Assembly (NCBI GenBank): GCA_964252035.1
Contig: OZ176203.1
From: Podarcis erhardii
Lineage: Eukaryota
Strand: one strand, 5' to 3'
DNA: 64,000 nt
Shown here: piece after piece, positions 13,300-24,733 of the stretch
Layout: each line of letters opens with the position of its first letter
How positions within the stretch are numbered: the first letter of the stretch is position 1
The notes under the pieces: model-generated
Told to the model about the DNA's origin: nothing
The model's input: only the letters and a program-made list of their open reading frames with translations
Database searches by the model: none
Program-made: the position numbers and the translations under genes

Positions 13300-14340
13300 C
13301 TAACAACCAATAACAAAATAAAGGTCTACCAGGCTTGTGTGATGAGCACGCTTTATGATAGTGAGTCTTGGGTAACTTACACCTGCCAGGAGCAACTTAC
13401 ACCTGCCTCAACACCTTCTCCATGTGCTGCATCAGGAAGATCTTGGGCATCACATGGCAGGACAGAGTCTCAAACAAAGATGTGCTCTCCCAAGCCCACA
13501 TTCGCACTCCTGTTTCAGTGACGTCTACACTAGCTCGGTCATGCCCACACAATGGTACGATCCCCAAGAACATGACTGAAGCTGGCTTCAGTCTCCATGC
13601 CCATTGGCAAACCGGCTCTGCATTACAAAGACGTCTGCCAACGTGATATGTACGCTGGCAACATTAACTGTGTCATATGTGAATCCCCTGCAGACAACTG
13701 CAGTGCCTGGAGATAATCAGGCCATGCATTCACAACAGTGATCAGAGGAGCAATGACTGCTGGGAAGAACATAGAAAGAAGAAACACCATATGCATTATA
13801 TATGCATTACAGTGGTGCCCCGCAAGACGAACGCCTCGCAAGACGGAAAACCCGCTAGACGAAAGGGTTTTCCGTTTTGGAGGCGCTTCGCAAAACGAAT
13901 TTCCCTATGGGCTTGCTTCGCAAGACGAAAATGTCTTGCAAGTTCCTGCGGGGGTTTTTCCCCTCTTTTCCCCCTTTTCCTAAGCCCTAAGCCGCTTATC
14001 AGCTGATCCGCTGATAAGCCGCTTATCAGATGATCCCCTAAAAGCCACTAAACCGCTAATAACGCTAATCCGCTAAGCTGTCAATGGGCTTGCTTTGCAA
14101 GGCGAAAAAACCGCTATACGAAGAGCCTCACGGAACGGATTAATTTCGTCTTGCGAGGCACCACTGTATATATGCATTAGCATAATCAGATGCCTTCATC
14201 TGCCCCAGCTGCAACAAAACATGTCTCTCTTACATGGTCTCTTCAGCCACAGCAGGTGCTGTAACTCTCCAATGGTTTGATTTCATCCCCAATGGCACAC
14301 TTCCATTGTCTCCCGAGACACACAGATGCCACCCAAATTC
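13300..14340 (+). mobile_element. Degenerate RTE-clade LINE 3' region interrupted by a MITE
   Basis: Frameshifted peptides KIKVYQACVMSTLYDSESW and LNTFSMCCIRKILGITWQDRVSNKDVL. A C-terminal zinc-knuckle remnant FICPSCNKTCLS resumes after the MITE at ~14190. Confidence 0.75.
13810..14166. mobile_element. Tc1/mariner MITE nested in RTE
   Basis: 22-bp TIR cagtggtgccccgcaagacgaa / ttcgtcttgcgaggcaccactg with 1 mismatch, flanked by TA. Confidence 0.85.
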
Positions 14341-14564
14341 AGGATTAGAACTGCAGCTTTAGATCTGTTTGCCGCTGAGTAGACTGAGGTTAGCTTCCAG
14401 TATTACACCAATGCTGAGTATTTAAGCAGTTTTTGCCCCTTGAAAACCTTATGTTTACACCCAAAAAGCGAAAGCTGCCAAATTTTAAACCAGTTCTTAT
14501 GTCCTTTTTAAGATTTGTAATTCAGTGAGGGGAAAACGTCTAAAAGGCGGCTGCTGTTCTCATG

Positions 14565-14730
14565 AGTTCCCTGGGGAAAGTGTTTGGTTGCTAATCACTC
14601 TGGAAACTGTAGCTATGTGAGGGGAATAGGAGTCTCCTAACAACTTTCGGCTCTCCTATAACAAAATATAACTCTCAGAATTCTTTGGGGCAGGCCATGT
14701 CTGTTTAAAGTGATACCATACTGCTTTACA
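14565..14730. mobile_element. Dispersed non-autonomous repeat (related copies ~21535-21640, 31700-31815, 43500-43660, 52450-52610)
   Basis: Shared motifs (a/g)aattctgggaactgtagtt and ggagtctcctaacaact recur in both orientations. Confidence 0.5.
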
Positions 14731-14803
14731 TGCATGGCATGACTGTGGCCCTAGACAGTAGAACATTTGCTGCCTTATCAGCCTAGAAATGGGATTACTT
14801 TTT

Positions 14804-17800
14804 TATATATATATAAATATTTATTAAAGTTTTTTGAATACAAATGCATAGATAATAAACAACATTACTTATATCATAACATAATTTCGTCACTTCTTTG
14901 GACTCCCTCACGTCTCCCGCTCCCACTTACATCGTTAAAAAAAAAAATTCCAAGCAAATTACCATCTTGTTTACAATCTTATATCCGCTCATTTAAGTAA
15001 AATCTAGCAGTTCTCCAAAAGATTTATATTTTCCTTAGTCTCACTTATCGTCAAATTCAGATCTAATTCAGTGGTGGACAATTATTTGTGATCTAGCATC
15101 CTTCTTAACATTCAGCCAAATTACAATATTTTTGTAAATAAATCTTAAATTTTTTCCAATCTTCTTCAACCCTCTCTTCTCCCAGGTCTCGGATTCTGCC
15201 AGTCATCTCGGCCAGTTGCATATAGTCCATCAGCTGCATCTGCCACTCTACCAGTGTGGGTAGATCTTGAGTTTTCCAACTCTTAGCGATGAGTATCCTT
15301 GCTGCCGTTGTTGCATACATAAAAAATGTTCGGTCCTTCTTTAACACCTTCTGGCCGACAATACCCAGAAGGAAGGCCTCTGGTTTCTTAGTGAAGGTAT
15401 ACTTAAATACCTTTTTCAACTCATTATATATCATTTCCCAGAAGGCCTTCACTTTAGGGCAGGTCCACCAGAGGTGAAAGAATGTTCCTTCATATTCTTT
15501 ACATTTCCAACATTTATTATCAGACAAATGGTATATTTTGGCAAGTTTAACTGGGGTCATGTACCATCTATATATCATTTTCATTACATTTTCCTTCAGA
15601 GCATTACATGCAGTGAAGTTCAACCCAGTGGTCCACAACCTTTCCCAGTCCTCAAACATAATGTTATGCCCAATGTCCTGAGCCCACTTTATCATAACCG
15701 ATTTAACCATTTCGTCTTGTGTATTCCATTTTAACAGCAGGTTATACATTCTTGATAATACCTTAGTCTTTGGTTCTAACAATTCTGTTTCCAACTTCGA
15801 TTTCTCCACCTGGAACCCTAACTTTTTATCATTTTTGAAGACTTCTTTAATCTGAGCGTAATGTAACCAGTCTCGCACTTTATCCTTCATTTTCTCCAAA
15901 CTCTGCAATTTCCAATTGTCTCCATCTTTTTCTAATATTTCCCAATATTTTGGCCATTTGGCCTCCATATTGGGTCTTTTTCGGGCCTTAGCTTCCAGAG
16001 GTGAAAGCCACCTCGGAGTTTTGTTTTCCAATAAGTCTTTGTATTTTGTCCAGACATTAAATACTGCTTTCCTGACAATATGGTTCTTAAAGGCCTTATT
16101 GATCTTAACCTTATCATACCATAAGTATGCATGCCAACCAAAAGCATTGTTGAAACCTTCCAGGTCCAGTACATCAGTGTCTTTGAGAAGTAGCCAGTCT
16201 TTTAGCCAGCAGAAAACTGCGGCTTCATAGTACAGCTTTAAGTCTGGCAGGGCAAAGCCCCCTCTTTCTTTCGCATCAGTTAGTATCATAAACTTAATTC
16301 TGGGCTTTTTGCCCTGCCAGACAAATTTAGATATATCTCTCTGCCACTTCCGGAAGCACTCCGTCTTGTCCACAATCTGCAGTGTTTGAAACAAAAACAA
16401 CACCTTTGGCAATACATTCATCTTAATAGCAGCAATTCGGCCTAACAAAGAAAGCTTCAATTTTGTCCAACTATCCAAGTCTCTCTTAATTTCAGACCAA
16501 CATTTTTCATAGTTATCCTTAAATAGACTCAGATTTTTCGCTGTTATATTTACCCCTAGGTACTTTACTTTTTTAACCACAGTTAGTTCTGTTTCTCTCT
16601 GAAACCGTTCTGACTCTGTATCTGTCAGATTTTTTCCCAACACCTTAGTTTTCTGTTTATTTAGTTTAAATCCCGCCACCCGACCAAAATCTTGAATCAA
16701 TTGTAATACTCTTTTTGTACTAGATTCTGGCTCCTGCAGGGTCAGAACTAGGTCATCTGCAAAAGCTTTAAGTTTGTATTGTTTCGCTCCGACCTGAATC
16801 CCTTCCACCAACCGGTCCCCTCTAATCATATTCAAGAGCACCTCCAGAACCGATATAAATAGCAAAGGGGAAATTGGGCAGCCTTGTCGTGTTCCTTTCT
16901 CAATTTTAAACTCTTCTGTAACCACATTGTTAACTATCAATTTAGCCTTTTGTTCTGAATATATTGCATCAATCCCATTCTCAAAACCCCGACCCACTCC
17001 CATTTCTTTTAAATTTCCCTTCATAAATTTCCAAGAGATATTATCAAAGGCCTTCTCCGCATCTATGAAGATTAGCACTGCTTTTGTATTTATGTCTGTT
17101 TGCAAAAGTTCCAAGATGTCAATAATGTTCCTTGTATTAGCAAACATGTGTCTACCTGGGAGAAAGCCTGCCTGGTCTTTGTGAATTACTTCATTTAGAA
17201 CTTTTTTAAGTCTACTTGCCAGAACATCTGCAAATATTTTGTAATCCACATTTAAAAGGGAGATGGGACGGTAGTTCTTGAGTTGTGTCTTTTCAGACTC
17301 CGATTTAGATATCAATGTGATAAATGCTTCCTTCCACGATTCCGGAGCCCTCTTCCCCTCCATAATTTCATTGCTGACCTCCATCAGTGGTTGTATCAAG
17401 TAGTCTTTTAATATCTTATAATACTTGGAGGTTAGCCCATCTGGCCCTGGAGATTTGCCCAGTTGCATGTTCTGAATGGCTTTTTCAATCTCTTGGCGTG
17501 TTATTTTGCTGTTCAGGAGTAATCTATTTTCTTGTGACAATTTTTTAAGTCCATTTTTCTCCAAAAATTGTTTAATCTCAACCTCGTCCTGCGGCCCTTG
17601 AGTATATAATTTTTTGAAATATTTCTGAAAACACTTTCTGATCTCCGTGGGGTTCTGAATGTTTCTTCCTTCAATTTCCAGATTTGTAACTGTATTTAAT
17701 TTTTGTCTCTTCTTCAACTGCCAAGCTAGCAGTTTCCCACATTTATTTGCCGATTCAAAAGTTTTTTGTTTCATTAATTTAATCTTCCACTCTATTTCCT

Positions 17801-18421
17801 GATTTATCAGTTTGGAATATTGTGCTTGATGGAGTTTGATTTCTCTCAAGATCGGCTGTGACTTCGGATTTAATCTTAACTTCTTCTCTAATTCTTTTAT
17901 TTTCTCCAAAATCTTATCTTTTCTGTCGTTTTGTATCCTTTTCTTTACAGCATTCTGTTGTATCAAGAACCCCCTCATCACAGCTTTACTTGCATCCCAA
18001 ATAGTTCTTTTTTCCACCGTAGTGTTCATATTTATCTCAAAGTAGTCCTTCAAAGCTTTCTGGGCCTTCTTAATAATCTCCTGATCTCTAAACAAGTTGT
18101 CATTCATCTTCCATCTAAAGGAGCCGGTTGGTAATAGTATCATGTCCATTTTCAGTGCGTTATGGTCGGAGCAGGTCTTTGGGCAGATTTCCACCTTTCT
18201 GACCTTGGGTGCCAGACCTCTAGTTATCCATATTTGGTCGATTCTTGTCCAAGTCAGCTGGGCTTCAGAGAAAAATGTTCCTTCTTTTCCCAAGGGGTTC
18301 TTCGTTCTCCAGATGTCAATCCAGTCCATATTGTCTGTCAGTTCAAAAAAGGTCTTTGGTAGTCTGCCGTCTTTTGTGACATTTTGGCTTTGTGACTTAT
18401 CCATGTTAGTTGATACGACCC
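14804..18421 (-). mobile_element. 5'-truncated young L1-clade LINE
   Basis: Perfect 17-bp TSD aaatgggattacttttt at 14787-14803 and 18422-18438. TT/AAAA target site on the minus strand. The 3' UTR has AATAAA and a (TA)n/A tail. Confidence 0.97.
15105..18404 (-). CDS. L1 ORF2 (APE endonuclease C-terminal half, reverse transcriptase, C-terminal CCHC zinc knuckle); N-terminus removed by 5' truncation
   Basis: 1099 aa with no stops. Motifs: TRIDQIW and CSDHNAL (EN); KSPGPDG, YRPISLLNVDYKI, GTRQGCPISP and AFADDL (RT); CWKCKEYEGTFFHLWWTC. The Met at 18404 is internal: the frame continues VVSTN up to the truncation point. Confidence 0.95.
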   Translation of the reverse strand: MDKSQSQNVTKDGRLPKTFFELTDNMDWIDIWRTKNPLGKEGTFFSEAQLTWTRIDQIWITRGLAPKVRKVEICPKTCSDHNALKMDMILLPTGSFRWKMNDNLFRDQEIIKKAQKALKDYFEINMNTTVEKRTIWDASKAVMRGFLIQQNAVKKRIQNDRKDKILEKIKELEKKLRLNPKSQPILREIKLHQAQYSKLINQEIEWKIKLMKQKTFESANKCGKLLAWQLKKRQKLNTVTNLEIEGRNIQNPTEIRKCFQKYFKKLYTQGPQDEVEIKQFLEKNGLKKLSQENRLLLNSKITRQEIEKAIQNMQLGKSPGPDGLTSKYYKILKDYLIQPLMEVSNEIMEGKRAPESWKEAFITLISKSESEKTQLKNYRPISLLNVDYKIFADVLASRLKKVLNEVIHKDQAGFLPGRHMFANTRNIIDILELLQTDINTKAVLIFIDAEKAFDNISWKFMKGNLKEMGVGRGFENGIDAIYSEQKAKLIVNNVVTEEFKIEKGTRQGCPISPLLFISVLEVLLNMIRGDRLVEGIQVGAKQYKLKAFADDLVLTLQEPESSTKRVLQLIQDFGRVAGFKLNKQKTKVLGKNLTDTESERFQRETELTVVKKVKYLGVNITAKNLSLFKDNYEKCWSEIKRDLDSWTKLKLSLLGRIAAIKMNVLPKVLFLFQTLQIVDKTECFRKWQRDISKFVWQGKKPRIKFMILTDAKERGGFALPDLKLYYEAAVFCWLKDWLLLKDTDVLDLEGFNNAFGWHAYLWYDKVKINKAFKNHIVRKAVFNVWTKYKDLLENKTPRWLSPLEAKARKRPNMEAKWPKYWEILEKDGDNWKLQSLEKMKDKVRDWLHYAQIKEVFKNDKKLGFQVEKSKLETELLEPKTKVLSRMYNLLLKWNTQDEMVKSVMIKWAQDIGHNIMFEDWERLWTTGLNFTACNALKENVMKMIYRWYMTPVKLAKIYHLSDNKCWKCKEYEGTFFHLWWTCPKVKAFWEMIYNELKKVFKYTFTKKPEAFLLGIVGQKVLKKDRTFFMYATTAARILIAKSWKTQDLPTLVEWQMQLMDYMQLAEMTGRIRDLGEERVEEDWKKFKIYLQKYCNLAEC

Positions 18422-18975
18422 AAATGGGATTACTTTTTAACTGGTTTGTGGACTGTGCACATCTTGACCCACTGTAAGATGTCAGCGTTTCACTTTTGAC
18501 ATGTCAGGAATGTACAAAGCCAGGAAGTGCAAGGCACTTGCACTTCTTGTTCCCTCTGCTTTGCTGTGATGTTGAGAGTCATACCAAGAAAGCAGAGTGG
18601 AAAAAGAGAGCTCCCTCATTTCCAAGTCTAGGCAATATTCTGTAATAGAAACATTAAATGTCAGGCCTTTTTTTTTTCTTCGCCTCTAGGCTTTTCGCCT
18701 TCCTGGAGAAGTGGCATAGATAAATAAAATCTCTGTCCTTTGGGAATAATGCAGCTACAGTGACATCTATGGCTAGGTAACTAGGCTTCATCTTTCTCTT
18801 AAATATACTCGTAGTGGGAAGCAAACTGTGGCCTCCTGGAGAGCTCCTGTGCCTGTGGGAGAGAGCCAGAAGGGCAAGGAAACAAAATTAATCTCTTGGT
18901 GTTTCGCTCTAATCTTCTCTCCAGAGAGCAACAATTTAAAGGCTGTGGAGAAAATCAGGGTGTAGCTGTTCATAA

Positions 18976-18978
<3 letters not shown>

Positions 18979-19019
<41 letters not shown>
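18979..19019. repeat. (TA)n microsatellite
   Basis: About 20 perfect units. Confidence 0.95.
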
Positions 19020-19020
<1 letters not shown>

Positions 19021-20029
19021 CAGGGCAAAAAGAACCCCCATTCCGTGCTCCTTTGGAACATGTCAACACAGCTTCTTCTTCTTTTAAAATATTGCTTACT
19101 TCCAGGCTCTTTGGGCTTTGATAAATTGTGTGGACATTTAGGTGCAGCGGCTGCTGAAGGAGAAATCTACCAGTCTGGTATGCAACTGATGTCAATGTTT
19201 CTCGTGTTCTCCTGATTGCAGATATGTGGGAGAGCTGTTAGTATGTGTTGAGTCAGATCACCTTTCTCATTGAGCATAGAACCAGTGGAAAGAGGGGTTT
19301 ATATTCTCCCCACCCTGCGATAGAAGGGGGATCTCCATAAGCAGAGCCACAATTGCACTTGTAGGCACCTGGTTCACCACTCTGGGAACAGAAAGCTGGA
19401 TTATGTAAGCCTTTGGTTGGATGCAGTAGGGCTCCTCTCATATTCCCATATCCTTATATGCCAGTGTGACATAATGTCTTCTCATAAAACCTAACCATTG
19501 GCCATGCTGTCTGTGGCTGATGGAGTTGTAATAGAATTGAGAAGTACCAGGTTTAGGAAGCCCTCTGAGGGTGTCCTCCATGTTAATTGGATGCCCTTCT
19601 CCTCCTTATTATGTCTGCCAGAGATCATCATCATCATCATCATCATTAAATTTCTACGTCGCCCTTCATCTGAGGATCAGAGGACAGTTTAAAATATAAA
19701 AACATAAAAATCAATTGTATGAATGAGAAGAACAGCAATGTCTTCTGATGAAAGCCAGACTTCCCATAGCATCATAGAAGCCAACTCCAAGGGACTGTGG
19801 AGGCTTCAGCTCCCACAATAAAATAAATGAGGGGACTGGGCCCCTGAAAAATTGATGGGCATTGCCATTCAAATGGTGTGGGTGAATTGCATCATGTGAT
19901 CGGTTATGTGGGGCGGGGCTTACCTGGGCCCCCACAATATTTTATTCAAGTTGGCACCCCTGCATGGCATCAGTCACAATGCCCTGGAACAATGCAACCA
20001 GTTACAACAGTGGCCATAAGGTAGAGCAT

Positions 20030-20172
20030 AAGGACATTGGAAGCTGGCTCATACTGAGACAGAGTGTTGGTCCATCTTGCTCAGTATGTCAACACACTTG
20101 TTCACACTGGGATTGAATAGGCACCTTCTGCATGCAAGGCTGATGCTCCACCACTGAGCTACAGCCCTTCCC
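20030..20172 (-). mobile_element. tRNA(Ala-like)-derived SINE with CR1-like tail, internally deleted
   Basis: Minus strand reads gggctgtagctcagtggtggagcatcagccttgcatgcagaagg...ctgagcaagatggacc...cagtatgagccagcttcc. Confidence 0.6.
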
Positions 20173-20444
20173 CTAATGGTGTCAGGCCCATCACAGCTGC
20201 CCAAGGATGCTACCTCTGCATGCCAACTGCATGCCAATATGGGGATATCACATAATTAGTCCGATCCGACCTCTGCATTCTAGGATGCTTAGCCTACTAG
20301 CTAATTCTGATTCTCAGTTCCAGTTCCACTGTCAGGTTACGTATTATGAATATCAGTATCATGTCATTTTAGCATGTATCTCTTGTATGGGTTTTGTAAG
20401 CCTTCCTTAACCTGTGTATCTTTTTTTTCTTATCTTCTCTTTCT

Positions 20445-20447
<3 letters not shown>

Positions 20448-20497
<50 letters not shown>
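20448..20497. repeat. (CT)n microsatellite
   Basis: Perfect dinucleotide run. Confidence 0.95.
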
Positions 20498-20500
<3 letters not shown>

Positions 20501-20961
20501 CAGATACATTTAATACAACAGATTGCCTATAGGAGCGGTGGCGTTTCAAAATCTAAACCCTGGTTCACTTGCTTCTTCACCCAGATTCATGGGGGTTTTG
20601 TTTAGTCAGCAAGATAAGCACAGAGGGGCTGTCACTATCTGGAGCCAGCCTTGCTGTAAATGTCTGTAGTCAGTGATGGAAAGGCAGAGGGTGTGATTTG
20701 CTTTTACTCCTTTCAGAAAGCAGTCTCTGTAATGTACATACTGCTTCCAAGAAACCATAATAGAAGCATGCTTGGAGGAGGAATAGAATCTCTTTTGTTG
20801 GGAGCACTGTGTTTCAAAGAGATTTACTTAAGGGTTGCTAAAGGCTTCTGTCCTGATCAAAGTGCACAAGTCTATAGTCAGGCTGACAAAACTCAGAGAG
20901 GCCATACTATAGCTTAGGCATGGGGAATCTCAGGCCCAAGGGAGAAATCTGTCTCTCCAGG

Positions 20962-21114
20962 CAGTGGCATAGTGTGGGGGGTGCAGGGGGGGCTGGCCAC
21001 ACCGAGCGCAACATCTGGGGGCGCGCGCTCGCACTCGCAGCTCTCTGCCCCTACCTGGCTCACTCACTCTCACTTGCCTTGCCCCGGGTGCTGACAACCC
21101 ATGCTACGCCACTG
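20962..21114. mobile_element. hAT MITE with perfect 8-bp TSD
   Basis: TIR cagtggcatag ... ctacgccactg. TSD tctccagg at 20954-20961 and 21115-21122. Confidence 0.88.
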
Positions 21115-23149
21115 TCTCCAGGTCTTTCTAGTTGGGTACTGAGGCTCTTCCACCCACTTTTGCCTCTAGTCCTGCTCATCCCAGGCATGTGGGTTGCCCA
21201 GAAGTGAATGTGGCCCTTATGCAGAAAAGGGTTCTCTACCCTGTGCTATAGCTCCTTCAGCTAGTATAGAACAAAAAAGCCAAGCCAATGGGATAGAAGG
21301 ATGGATAGACGGACTTAGTCAGTACTCAAGGAGAAACTCTCTGCAGAATGCACTTACCTACTGAGTTATTAAGGGATAAGGTGGTCTCTTCAGTAATCTG
21401 GTCCTAAGCTGTAAAGGGCCTTAAATGTTGGTACCAAAACCTTGAACCTGGCCCAATAGCAGATTGGCACTCCATGCGACTCTCACAAGCAAGGTATTGG
21501 AGGTTACAGCAACACTGTACATGTAAAGCACATGGCCTTCCCCCAGAGAATCCTGGGAACTGTAGTTTGCACCTCACAAACTACACATAACAGATTCCAT
21601 AACCATAAGCAGCTGCCTCAGTCCACCTCATGGGTGAACCGGCCCTGCTAAGGACACATAGCGAAAGCAGGGTATAAATGTCTTAAACAGAAATAAAAAC
21701 AACTTGTGGCTTTAAGTTGGCTGTCACAGAATTCACGTGATCTTCAACAGGGACTTGAGCAGTGCAATTCTGCCCTTGGCACATTAGAAATCTTACTGTG
21801 TTCAATGAGACTTGCTCTCCAATGAAGCTACAATCCTACCCGCATTTGCTATTGCACTCAGTGGGACTGACTTCATCCCACTGCGCTGTAAGCATGTTTT
21901 GGACTGTAGCCTAAGGCAGTGCTGTCTTTTTTTGTTTTTGACAAAATCTTTATCAGGGAAGTTGTGCCCTGAAACGCCCTCGCTGCCAGCTGCATCCTTA
22001 CAAGTCCCAATCATTTCCAGGTGACCGGAAAAAGGTGAAATGAAACCTCAAGGAAGCTTAGAGTGTGCATGGCAGGAGAGCCTTGCTGAGCCTGACAGAC
22101 TGGAATGTAACGGGTTGGAACCTGGCCACAGTGGAGTCATTCGTATGCAACAAGAAGAAGATGCAGAAGTAGCCTGAAGCCTTTGCTATAATTCCATATT
22201 ACTGCCAGCCCCTGTTTAGCAATGGTCCTTCCAGCTAACAGAAGCCCATCTAAAATATCTGCATCTGCTTACTTCAAGACCATTAGTACAAGAGTTCCCA
22301 CATATATAAATATTAAATAAAGGATATTTCTCGACAGGATTAATAGCTATAATATACATGCACCCTCCACTGACAACGCTTTCCATCTCTTTAGTCCTTT
22401 GGCTCCTGTACTGCAGGGGGCCTGGCAGATACAAAGTAGTGAGGTGAGGTGCTAAATATGATTTAGTATGACTTAAAATGCAGGGAGATAATGTTCCCTC
22501 TCCTTTTGTAGGTGTGGGATTGTGTATTCAAAAGAAGGCCCATGAGAGAGATTCAGCATCTCGTGTCATGTCTGGCAACAGTAAAGGGCCCCCTTTTAGA
22601 TAGAGAGAAGAAATTGCTCCAGCTGTAAATGCAAGGTGTGCATTAGCTAAACATTTTGAGATGTGCATAGAATAGATATTCTGAGTTCCCTCTGAAGAGG
22701 GATCAATTGTTAAACCACTCTAGAAATTGTAGGCCTGTCAGAGGAGTAAGGGTGGTTCACCCATTTTACAGCTGGAACACTGATATTGAACATTGCCGCT
22801 TGTTCAAAACCAGTCAGGTCCAATGCTGAGAAATCGTTTGAGGTCAACAGAAATTTATTAACTATCAGTGCAGTATTAAAACTCTGATAGTATGGTTATT
22901 TAGAAGGATGATTTGCAACATATAACGGTTTAATTTATCTATGTCCTTTATGTCCATTATGTCTTGCAAAAAAACAAAAAAAAACCATTGCATTAGATAC
23001 ATTAAATAAATATATTTAAATAATTAAATACCTTAATGTGGTCTCACTCTCAGCCCTGAAAACAACTCATGATTGTTTTAAATACATTAAATAAATACAT
23101 TTAATAATAAAGTGTGTATTAGATGCAGTAAACAGATTGGGCAGGGAAT

Positions 23150-23152
<3 letters not shown>

Positions 23153-23182
<30 letters not shown>

Positions 23183-23207
23183 AAGAAGAAGAAGAAGAAG
23201 AAGAAGA
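23153..23207. repeat. (GAA)n microsatellite
   Basis: About 18 units. Confidence 0.95.
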
Positions 23208-23902
23208 CAGCCAACACCACCAGTACAAATAACAAATCAAAAAAATGCTAAGCATAACAGAAAGGATTTTAAGGTCAGCTTGAAGGTTCAGTAAAGAGGC
23301 CATAAGAACTTCTCTTTGGAGAAAATTCTGGAGATGTAGGAACACCACTGAAATTATCCCATTCTTGGTATCTGCCAAATGTATCAGCTGATATTTAGTA
23401 TACTTTCTAGTTCCTTCAGTATCACAGATGAGCTAGAAGATGGAGAGAGAATGCCTTTTCCTTGCCATTGGCTGATTGCCTTCCAGTTGTGCTCACTCTC
23501 AGCCCTGAAGACAGCTCATGATTGTGTTTTGATGTTTCTGCCGACCTATTACTGTATTGACTTCATGGCAGCCAAAACATACATTTGTGATCTCATTTTC
23601 CCCCTTGCACTCCTTCCACTCAATCAAACATGCACACATGCTTCCACAAAACAGAAGAATGCTTTTAAGCCTTGGTAGTGCTCTTGGGAACTGTGTCACA
23701 GGAAAGTCCTTATCCTTTTAAGGGTAACTGCACTCCCACCCGCCTCCTTTTCAAATGTAACATAACACCTAAATACATATAGGCTTGGAAACTAATTTTT
23801 GCTCTTTTCAACAGCTGCTTTAGAGCATGAAATATTTAGTAGGCACCATGTATTTGGCAATGCAGAAGGCTGGATTTTTAATTTGGATTGGATTGCTGGC
23901 AA

Positions 23903-23904
<2 letters not shown>

Positions 23905-23966
<62 letters not shown>
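23905..23966. repeat. (TA)n microsatellite
   Basis: About 31 units. Confidence 0.95.
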
Positions 23967-23970
<4 letters not shown>

Positions 23971-24733
23971 CAACTGTCACTCTGAATTAGCATCCAGTGA
24001 CATTTCTTGCTGCAGTCACGGAAGAGCCAAATATGTCCATCCAAGGTTTTTCCTCCAGAGGAGCATAGCCAAAATTAGATGTATGTGTGTCTAAGTTTGC
24101 CTGAGTTTCATATACAGTCCTCTAATCTCACTTCTGATTGCATTCTGAGTGCAGTTTGGGGGGGAAATGAATGTGGAATCCCAAAAATAATGTTGCAATT
24201 CCTTTTTATTTAAAAAAAAAATAATATTTATCACTTTTAAACCTTAAAATAAAGAAGAAAAAGAAAGGAAAAAAAGAAGAAGCAAAATAAAGGAAAAAAA
24301 TACGATACAATATATAAACAGTACACAACGCAACATTAACACATTAGATTAAACAAAACAAAGCAAAAACAATTTAAAAACATACATCATACCATTTCAA
24401 TGCCTTATCTTTCATTCCCTTGTTTCATCGACCTCCTCTCATCTCCCTTTTTGTATTCTACTTCTATTAATTGTTTCAGCAATTCCTTTCCATCTTTCTA
24501 TATTTTCTGTCATATAATTATCTTAATTTATTTGAACCTTATTTTCCATTAATACTATAATATTTATGCTTAACTCCTTATAACATTTCTACTAAAGCCT
24601 TATAATTTCATTCCAACATTTTTCTGACACTCATTAATTTTACAGTATTTCTATAAATAAACTTTAAACTTTTTCCAATCTTCTTCCACCGTCTCTTCTC
24701 CCTGGTCTTGGATTCTGCCAGTCATTTCCGTCA

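Noticed and set aside
16755-16770. FADD rather than YADD in the RT active site
   Set aside because: FADD is the normal L1-clade motif.
15289-18477. Several plus-strand and alternative-frame ORFs overlapping L1 ORF2
   Set aside because: Shadow frames of the L1 coding sequence.
22020-22640. Plus-strand acceptor-like sites at 22020 and 22510 followed by short ORFs
   Set aside because: Stops in all frames or no donor, and no homology recognised.
18788-23990. ORFs containing YIYIYI, SLSLSL, RRRR or SSSS runs
   Set aside because: Translations of microsatellites.
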